Shown one piece after another: positions 42,678 through 49,064 of a stretch of 49,064 bases of DNA (within the stretch, counting starts at the first letter, position 1; every line of letters starts with the position of its first letter). Made by a program: the position numbers and the translations under genes. The notes beneath the pieces are model-generated. The model was not told the origin of the DNA. It saw nothing but the letters and a program-made list of their open reading frames with translations, and made no database searches. The DNA comes from an uncultured Vicinamibacteraceae bacterium (GTDB lineage Bacteria; Acidobacteriota; Vicinamibacteria; Vicinamibacterales; JAFNAJ01), in the NCBI GenBank assembly GCA_964387935.1, contig CAYLZN010000004.1, forward strand, positions 4,231-53,294, written 5' to 3'.

Positions 42678-42965
42678 ACGCGCTGGCCGCGCCCCCTGGC
42701 CAGGCGGCAGGCCCGGCATGGCGGAGCCCCCACGCCCCGCCGGGCGGCGGTCCGGGGCTCGCTGGACCGTGGCTGCGAATCCAGACCACTATTCCGGGCT
42801 CTTGCGACGACGGCCCGTTCCGTCGACCGGCACGATCCGTGCTGACGCTCGGCACGAGAGTCTTGTGCCCGGTTGGAGGCGTCGCGTATGCTTCGGTGCT
42901 GGGCTGGACCACGAACTCGGCCCGATGACTGCTCGATTCTTCCCTTCAGCTCCAGGAGAACCTGC

Positions 42966-44213
42966 GTGAACACGATACCGCTGTCGGCTTCGTGGTCTTC
43001 GGCGTCGCGCCATGCCGTCGCTCCGGTGGTGGCCGCTCTCGTCCTTGCTGCGCTGGGCGCCGGGTGCAAGCGGGAGCAGGCGGCCCCACCGCCGCCTCCC
43101 CCGCCCGACGTGCAAGTGGCCCAGGTGCTGCAGCGTGACGAACCGATTTACTCCGAGGCCATCGGTCAGACACGCGGCTCGGAGGAGGTCGAGGTCCGGG
43201 CACGCGTCGAGGGCGTGCTCGAGACCATCAGCTTCCAGGAGGGCACGCGCGTCCGGAAGGGCCAGTTGCTCTACACCATCGATCCTCGGGAGTACGAGGC
43301 GCGCATTGCCGCCCGACAGGCCGACGTCGCGCGGAGCCAGGCCGACCTCACGCGGCTCGAACAGGACGTCGCACGCTACAGACCGCTCGCCGAGCAGAAC
43401 GCCATTCCGCGGCAGACCTACGAAACCGCCGTCGCGCAGGCCAACGCCGGCCGTGCGGCCGTCGAATCCTACAAGGCCCAGCTCGAGCAGGCGAAACTGG
43501 ATCTGAGCTACACGAAGATCTTCGCGCCGACCGACGGCATCATCGGCAAGACCGAGATCAACATCGGCAATCTCGTCGGTCGAGGCCAGTCCACGCTGCT
43601 GACCCAGATCTCCAAGGTCGATCCCATCTTTCTGCGCTTCAGCCTGAGCGAGCGGGATTACCTCCGTTTCATGGAGGACCGCAAGGGCATGGCGGCGCGC
43701 AAGGCAGCTGCGGGTGCCGCGGCGACCTTCAAGGACGCGCCCTTCGAGATGGTGCTCGCCGACGGCTCGGTCCACCCCTACCGCGGCACCATGGTCTTCG
43801 CGGATCGCCTCGTCGATCCCACGACCGGCACGCTGCTGCTCCAGGTGTCCTTCCCGAATCCCGAGGGCCTCGTCCGCCCGGGTCAGTACGGCCGCGCGCG
43901 TACGATCGTGGACTTCCGCTCCGGCGCAATCCTCGTTCCACAGAAGGCCGTCTCGGAGTTGCAGGCGACCTACAGCGTCATGGTGGTGACGGCTGACAAC
44001 AAGGTGGAAAGCCGGCCCGTCACCGTCGGCCCGCGCGTGGGCACGCTCTGGATCATCGACAAGGGGCTCGATCCGGGCGACAAGGTCATCGTCGAGGGTG
44101 TCCAGAAGGTGCGGCCGGGCATGACCGTGAAGCCGACCGTCGTCGAGATCAAGGACGCGCCCGTCGCGTCGCCGTCACCCAGTGCACCGAAGGCCGCCGT
44201 GGCGGGAGCCTAG
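42966..44213 (+). CDS. RND efflux periplasmic adaptor (membrane fusion protein, AcrA/MexA-like) lipoprotein
   Basis: The GTG at 42966 lies 6 nt after AGGAGA. A lipobox-like LAALGAGC is followed by a poly-Pro linker. Motifs are VRKGQLLYTIDPREYEA (lipoyl), a coiled-coil hairpin, and IFAPTDGIIG. Confidence 0.8.
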   Translation: MNTIPLSASWSSASRHAVAPVVAALVLAALGAGCKREQAAPPPPPPPDVQVAQVLQRDEPIYSEAIGQTRGSEEVEVRARVEGVLETISFQEGTRVRKGQLLYTIDPREYEARIAARQADVARSQADLTRLEQDVARYRPLAEQNAIPRQTYETAVAQANAGRAAVESYKAQLEQAKLDLSYTKIFAPTDGIIGKTEINIGNLVGRGQSTLLTQISKVDPIFLRFSLSERDYLRFMEDRKGMAARKAAAGAAATFKDAPFEMVLADGSVHPYRGTMVFADRLVDPTTGTLLLQVSFPNPEGLVRPGQYGRARTIVDFRSGAILVPQKAVSELQATYSVMVVTADNKVESRPVTVGPRVGTLWIIDKGLDPGDKVIVEGVQKVRPGMTVKPTVVEIKDAPVASPSPSAPKAAVAGA

Positions 44214-44215
44214 CC

Positions 44216-47200
44216 ATGGCGAGTTTCTTCATCCGCCGGCCGATCGTCGCCATCGTCATCTCACTGCTGATGGTCATCGCAGGCGCGGTGTCGCTGTCGC
44301 GGCTGCCCGTCGAGCAATACCCGGCGCTCGCGCCGCCCACGATTCGCGTCGAGGGCACGTACGGCGGTGCCAACGCGGAGGTGGTCGAGCAGTCGGTCGC
44401 CACCCCGATCGAGCAGCAGGTCAACGGCGTCGACAACATGATCTACATGAAGTCGATGAACACGAGCGACGGCCGCATGCTGCTCGACGTGACGTTCCAG
44501 GTCGGCACCGACCTGGACACGGCCAACATGCTCACGCAGAACCGCGTGTCCCAGGCCCAGTCGCGACTGCCGGCCGACGTCATCCAGCGCGGCCTCACCG
44601 TCAAGAAGATCAACCCGAGCATCCTGCTGGTCGCGTCCATCTACTCCCCGACCGGGACCTACGACGTCCAGTTCCTCAACAACTACTCCGTCATCAACGT
44701 CAAGGACGCGCTCCTGCGGGTCGCCGGCGTGTCGCAGGTGGACCTGTTCGGCGGCGCGGAGTACGGCATGCGGGTCTGGATCCGTCCCGATGATCTGGCC
44801 AAGCTGGGTCTGACGCCGAACGACGTGATCAACGCGGTCAAGGAGCAGAACCTGCAGGCGCCGGCCGGGCAGATCGGCGCGGCGCCATCTCCGCCCGGGC
44901 AGCAGTTCACCTACACGGTGCGTGCGCCGGGGCGGTTCACCACCCCCGAGGAATTCGAGGACATCATCATCCGCGCCACGGCCGACGGTCGACAGGTGCG
45001 ACTCAAGGACATCGGGCGGGTCGAACTCGGCTCGGAGAACTACAAGTCGTTCGCGCGGCTCGACGGCAAGCCGGCGGCCTGCCTGGCGGTCTACCTCCTG
45101 CCCGGCGCCAATCAGGTTGCTGCCGCCGAGGGCATCTACAAGACCCTGGAGGAGCTGAAGCAGTTCTTCCCGACCGGCGTGGACTACAAGATCAGCTACG
45201 ACACGACGCCGGCCGTCGAAGCCTCGATCGAGGAAATCAACCACACCCTCTTCGAAGCTATCGTCCTTGTCGTCATCGTCGTGTTCGTCTTCCTCCAGAA
45301 TTTCCGCGCCACGTTCATCCCGCTCATGACGGTGCCCGTGTCCCTGCTCGGCACCTTCATCTTCTTCCCGTTCCTCGGCTTCTCGGTCAACACGCTCACG
45401 ATGTTCGGCCTCGTGCTCGCCATCGGCATCGTCGTCGACGACGCGATCGTGGTGGTCGAAGCGGTGATGCACAACATCGAGCACGGGATGGACCCGAAGA
45501 CGGCCACGCAGAGGGCCATGGAGGAGGTGTCGGCCCCGGTGGTCGGCATCGGCCTCGTGCTGACCGCGGTGTTCGTGCCGGTCGCGTTCATGGGGGGCCT
45601 CACCGGGCGCCTCTACCAGCAGTTCGCGCTCATCATCGCGATTTCGGTCATCCTGTCGGTGTTCAACGCGCTCACGCTCAGCCCCGCGCTCTCCGCGATG
45701 CTCCTGAAGCCGGCCAAGCCCGCTCGCGGGCCGCTCGGCATGTTCTTCCGGGGGTTCAACCGGGTGTTCGACGTCACGACCAAGGGCTACGTCGGCACGG
45801 CGATGGGGCTCGCGCGCAAGGCGATCCTGAGCCTCGCGATCCTGGGTGTCGTCGTCTTCCTGTCGTGGGACCTGGCGAAGCGGCTGCCGCAGGGGTTCAT
45901 CCCAGACGAGGACCAGGGCATCATCCTCGCGAACGTCACCCTGCCCAACGGCTCCTCGCTCGACCGCACCGACGCGGTGCTGCAGAAGGCCGAAGAGATC
46001 GTGGCCAGGACCCCCGGCGTCGAGACCTTCAACACGATTGGCGGTCTCGGCCTCCTCACCAACTCGTTCCAGTCCAACTTCGGCACCTTCTTCATCCGGT
46101 TGAAGCCGTGGGAGGAGCGGACGACGCCAGAGGAGTCGCTCCGCGGGATCATCGGGCACCTGCGGGCCGAACTCGGCAAGCTGCCCGAGGCGGTGGCCTT
46201 CCCGTTCATCCCGCCATCGCTGCCCGGGTTCGGCGCCGCGGGCGGCTTCAATTTCATGCTGCAGGATCGCAGCGGAACGATGACGGTGGCACAACTCGGC
46301 GACGTGTCGCAGAAGTTCCAGGCGGCAGCCCGGCAGCGCCCCGAAATCGCGACCGTCTTCACGGCGTTCGATCCGACGGTGCCGCAGTACGGCGTCGACC
46401 TGGACCGCGAGAAGTCGCGCAAGCTGGGAGTCCCGATCACGGACGTGTTCGCGGCACTGAGCGCCGGGTTCGGCGGAGCGCTCGTCAACGACTTCAACCG
46501 GTTCGGCCGCCTGTACCGCGTGTTCGTGCAGGCGGAGCCGGAATACCGCCAGCGGCCCGAGGATATCGGTCAGATCTACGTGCGCAGCACGACGACCAAC
46601 GCGATGATCCCGCTCTCGACGCTCGTGACCGTGACGCCCGAGTCGGGCACCGAGCTGACGACGCGGTACAACCTGCTGCGGTCGGTCGAGATCACCGGAT
46701 CGCCGGCGCCCGGGTACAGCTCCGGCCAGGCGATGGCCGCCCTCGAGGAGGTGGCCGCGCAGGTGCTCCCGCCGGAGATGGGGTACGCGTGGACGAACAT
46801 GTCCTACCAGGAGAAGACCGCGCCCAGCCCGGTGCCGACCTTCGTCATGGCCGTGGTCTTCGTGTTCCTGATGCTCGCGGCCCTCTACGAGAGCTGGTCA
46901 CTGCCCTGGGCGGTGCTGCTCGGCACGCCGGTCGTGGTCCTGGGCGCGTTCTTCGGTGTCTGGCTGATGGGGTTCGACCTGAGCGTGTACGTCCAGGTGG
47001 GCCTCATCATGCTCGTCGGCCTGGCTGCGAAGAACGCGATCCTGATCGTCGAGTTCGCGAAGATGGAACACGAGAAGGGCAAGGCCCCGATCGAGGCGGC
47101 CCGTGAGGCGGCGCGGCTGCGCTTCCGGCCGATCCTGATGACCGCGTTCGCCTTCATCATGGGCGTCATCCCGCTCATGCTGGCGAGCGGGTCCGGCGCG

Positions 47201-47392
47201 GCGTCCCGTGCGGCCATGGGCAGTGCCGTCTTCTTCGGCATGCTCGTCGCGACCTTCATCGGCGTGTTCATCTACCCGGCGCTCTTCGTGCTGATCTCGT
47301 GGTTCGACCGCAAGAAGGAGGCCGCCCGCGCAGCGGCCGGGCCACCAGCCCCGTCCCCCGAGCCGGCGGGTACCCACGGCGGAGGGCACTGA
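44216..47392 (+). CDS. RND multidrug efflux permease (HAE1, AcrB/MexB-like)
   Basis: 1058 aa. MASFFIRRPIVAIVISLLMVIAG is the canonical N-terminus. There are 12 TM segments and two large periplasmic loops. GLVLAIGIVVDDAIVVVE carries the TM4 proton-relay D-D. Confidence 0.95.
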   Translation: MASFFIRRPIVAIVISLLMVIAGAVSLSRLPVEQYPALAPPTIRVEGTYGGANAEVVEQSVATPIEQQVNGVDNMIYMKSMNTSDGRMLLDVTFQVGTDLDTANMLTQNRVSQAQSRLPADVIQRGLTVKKINPSILLVASIYSPTGTYDVQFLNNYSVINVKDALLRVAGVSQVDLFGGAEYGMRVWIRPDDLAKLGLTPNDVINAVKEQNLQAPAGQIGAAPSPPGQQFTYTVRAPGRFTTPEEFEDIIIRATADGRQVRLKDIGRVELGSENYKSFARLDGKPAACLAVYLLPGANQVAAAEGIYKTLEELKQFFPTGVDYKISYDTTPAVEASIEEINHTLFEAIVLVVIVVFVFLQNFRATFIPLMTVPVSLLGTFIFFPFLGFSVNTLTMFGLVLAIGIVVDDAIVVVEAVMHNIEHGMDPKTATQRAMEEVSAPVVGIGLVLTAVFVPVAFMGGLTGRLYQQFALIIAISVILSVFNALTLSPALSAMLLKPAKPARGPLGMFFRGFNRVFDVTTKGYVGTAMGLARKAILSLAILGVVVFLSWDLAKRLPQGFIPDEDQGIILANVTLPNGSSLDRTDAVLQKAEEIVARTPGVETFNTIGGLGLLTNSFQSNFGTFFIRLKPWEERTTPEESLRGIIGHLRAELGKLPEAVAFPFIPPSLPGFGAAGGFNFMLQDRSGTMTVAQLGDVSQKFQAAARQRPEIATVFTAFDPTVPQYGVDLDREKSRKLGVPITDVFAALSAGFGGALVNDFNRFGRLYRVFVQAEPEYRQRPEDIGQIYVRSTTTNAMIPLSTLVTVTPESGTELTTRYNLLRSVEITGSPAPGYSSGQAMAALEEVAAQVLPPEMGYAWTNMSYQEKTAPSPVPTFVMAVVFVFLMLAALYESWSLPWAVLLGTPVVVLGAFFGVWLMGFDLSVYVQVGLIMLVGLAAKNAILIVEFAKMEHEKGKAPIEAAREAARLRFRPILMTAFAFIMGVIPLMLASGSGAASRAAMGSAVFFGMLVATFIGVFIYPALFVLISWFDRKKEAARAAAGPPAPSPEPAGTHGGGH

Positions 47393-47393
47393 G

Positions 47394-48833
47394 ATGCGAC
47401 GCACACACCCGCTTCTCGTCGTCCTGTTCCCGCTGGCCGCCTCGACGGCGTGCGCGCCGATGGGGCCGACCTACACGCGCCCCACCGTGACGTCGCCCAC
47501 GGCGTTCCGCGGCGCCGTCGTCACATCCGACCAGGCGAAGTCTGTTGCCGACCTGCCGTGGTTCGAGATGTTCGCGGAACCCGAGCTGGCCGCGCTCGTT
47601 CGCGAGGCGCTGGACCACAACCTGGACCTCATGTCAGCGCTCGCCCGGATCGAGGAGTTCCGGGGCCGCGCCGCGCTGGCAGGCGCGGATCTCAAGCCCT
47701 TCGTCGGCGGGGAGGCCACGACAGCCGCGTCGCCCACCAGGACGAAGTTCGACAACACCTACAGCACCAGCCTGTTCTTCAACTGGGAGATCGATTTCTT
47801 CGGTCGGCTGCGGCGAATCGCGGAGGCGGCGCGTTACGACCTGCTGACGAGCGAGGAAGGCACGCGCGCGGTGATGGCCTCGGTGGCCACCACGGTCGCG
47901 CAGTCCTACGTCACGCTGCGGTCTCTCGACGAGCAGCGCGAGATCATCCTCCGCACGATGAAGGCCCAGGAGGAGGCGCTCGCCCTGGTGCGGCTGCAGA
48001 ACCAGGGCGGCGTCGCTTCGGGCATCGAGGTGCAGCAGGCACTCACGCAACTGGCAACCACGCAGGCCGCGCGCCCGGAGGTGGAGCGGCAGATCCTCGT
48101 CGTCGAGAACCAGTTGAGCGTCCTGCTCGGACGGCCGCCCGGCAGCGTCGTGAGGGGCACGGGACCGAGCCGGCTCCCCACCGCGCCGGACATCCCGGTG
48201 GGGCTCCCCTCGGCGCTGCTGGAACGGCGCCCCGACATCCGCCTGTCCGAGGCGGCGCTGCGCGCGGCCGTGGCGCGTATCGGGGCGGCCGAGGCCTCGC
48301 GAATCCCCGTTCCACGCATCGGCCTCACGGCCTCCTTCGGGCGGATGAGCACCTCGCTCGAGGACTTCTTCTCCGGCGGCAGCAAGGCCGAGAACCTCGT
48401 GTCAATCGGGCCGTTCCTCCAGATCCCGCTGTACGACGGCGGGGCGGGCAAGGCGCGCGTTCGCATCGCGCGCGCGCAGGCCGAGCAGGCCGCGCTCGAC
48501 TTCAGGCAGACGATTCTCGTGTCGTTCCGCGAGGTCGCCGACGCGCTCGCGACGATCCAGAAGATCCGCGACGAGATCGCCGCAAACGAAACCCGTGTCA
48601 CCGCCGCATCCGAGTACCTGCGGCTGACCGACCTCCGCTACCGGGGCGGCGTATCGAGCTACCTCGAGGTGATCGACGCAGAACGGCAGCTCTTCGGGGC
48701 CGAGATCGATCTCAACAGCAGCCGGCGCACCCAGCTCCTCGGCGTACTGGACCTGTACCTCGCCCTCGGCGGCGGATGGTCCGACGACGAGCTGAAGAAG
48801 CTGGGCGAACGCCCGATGACCGCGATGCAGTGA
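47394..48833 (+). CDS. RND efflux outer-membrane factor lipoprotein (NodT/OprM family)
   Basis: 479 aa. The start lies 1 nt after the RND stop. The lipobox is LAASTAC. WWEMF-like WFEMFAEPELAALV and duplicated alpha-helical/beta-barrel repeats are present, and the protein ends in ..ALGGGW. Confidence 0.9.
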   Translation: MRRTHPLLVVLFPLAASTACAPMGPTYTRPTVTSPTAFRGAVVTSDQAKSVADLPWFEMFAEPELAALVREALDHNLDLMSALARIEEFRGRAALAGADLKPFVGGEATTAASPTRTKFDNTYSTSLFFNWEIDFFGRLRRIAEAARYDLLTSEEGTRAVMASVATTVAQSYVTLRSLDEQREIILRTMKAQEEALALVRLQNQGGVASGIEVQQALTQLATTQAARPEVERQILVVENQLSVLLGRPPGSVVRGTGPSRLPTAPDIPVGLPSALLERRPDIRLSEAALRAAVARIGAAEASRIPVPRIGLTASFGRMSTSLEDFFSGGSKAENLVSIGPFLQIPLYDGGAGKARVRIARAQAEQAALDFRQTILVSFREVADALATIQKIRDEIAANETRVTAASEYLRLTDLRYRGGVSSYLEVIDAERQLFGAEIDLNSSRRTQLLGVLDLYLALGGGWSDDELKKLGERPMTAMQ

Positions 48834-48841
48834 GGCCAGCC

Positions 48842-49064
48842 ATGGATGTCATCAGACGCATGCCCCGGGCAGGATGCAGGCGGATGGTTGCCGCGCTGGC
48901 CGTGTTGACGGTGCTGACTGGCGCAGTCGCGGCGTCGGCTCAGACCGGCATGCGCACGCAGGCCCCGGGGGCGGCGCAGGTCGGGGGGGCCATCGACGGC
49001 CGAGTCGTCGATGCCGCCGGGACCGGCGTGCGCGGCACCGCGGTCACCGCCAGAGACACCGCCA
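48842..49064 (+). CDS. N-terminal fragment of a secreted carboxypeptidase-regulatory-like domain protein (probably a TonB-dependent receptor-type OMP); the 3' end lies outside the window
   Basis: The ATG at 48842 gives a signal peptide ending in ...AVAASAQT. GAIDGRVVDAAGTGVRGTAVTA resembles the first strands of a CarboxypepD_reg domain. The ORF is open to the window end. Confidence 0.45.
   Translation, partial: MDVIRRMPRAGCRRMVAALAVLTVLTGAVAASAQTGMRTQAPGAAQVGGAIDGRVVDAAGTGVRGTAVTARDTA

Noticed and set aside
42678-42965. A 288-nt gap between the CDF gene and the RND operon, where a TetR-type regulator or small gene might be expected. It contains ORF 42718..42969(+) and the tail of 42230..42928(+).
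   Set aside because: Both ORFs translate to Arg/Pro/Gly-rich sequence without an HTH or any other motif, and codon bias is poor. Only short 5-bp hairpins (GGCAC...GTGCC) are present. The region is left unannotated.

Overview
This is a GC-rich window (codon third positions are mostly G/C), densely packed with about 40 protein-coding genes. It looks like chromosomal DNA from a Gram-negative bacterium. An Acidobacteriota-like origin is an inference only, based on TAT-exported glycosidases, a carboxypeptidase-regulatory-domain protein at the 3' edge and Omp85/RND envelope genes. I found no rRNA, tRNA, CRISPR array, transposase, integrase or phage genes.

Gene content, left to right:
- A DASS permease C-terminal fragment.
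- A divergent NRAMP-fold transporter, translationally coupled to a soluble PRC/MgtE_N/CBS protein.
- A small 2-TM ORF followed by a DsbB-like protein with a large periplasmic domain.
- pgi.
- An Omp85 / LolA-like gene pair.
- A roughly 16 kb pectin/hexuronate utilisation locus (8.6-25.4 kb): PfkB kinase, gnd, LarA-like protein, SDR, uxaE, DUF4861, GH105, a GH43-PL10 fusion, GH28, a TAT-exported Gfo/Idh/MocA oxidoreductase, exuT and a GntR/FadR-type regulator.
- An FGE-domain protein and an M28 peptidase.
- An acyl-CoA dehydrogenase / 3-hydroxyacyl-CoA dehydrogenase unit.
- An M19 dipeptidase.
- An mmsA-hyuA-hyuB-MFS operon.
- A DUF5666-like protein, an NTF2-like ORF, a fasciclin protein and a CDF transporter.
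- A complete tripartite RND efflux operon.

Observations most worth following up:
1. The hexuronate operon lacks the dehydratase/aldolase logic. It instead carries a LarA-family (nickel-pincer) epimerase candidate plus gnd, which suggests a mannonate -> gluconate -> 6-phosphogluconate shunt.
2. Three tandem heptanucleotide arrays fill short spacers between co-directional genes.
3. The NRAMP-like protein has a non-canonical metal site and is paired with an MgtE-type cytosolic sensor module.
4. An 18-nt FadR-like operator motif recurs at all four promoter regions of the pectin locus.
5. An NTF2-like ORF is interrupted by an in-frame TAA followed by C10-A-C10-G-C7 tracts.

Many long ORFs in the supplied track are antisense or out-of-frame artefacts of the high GC content, and I discarded them.
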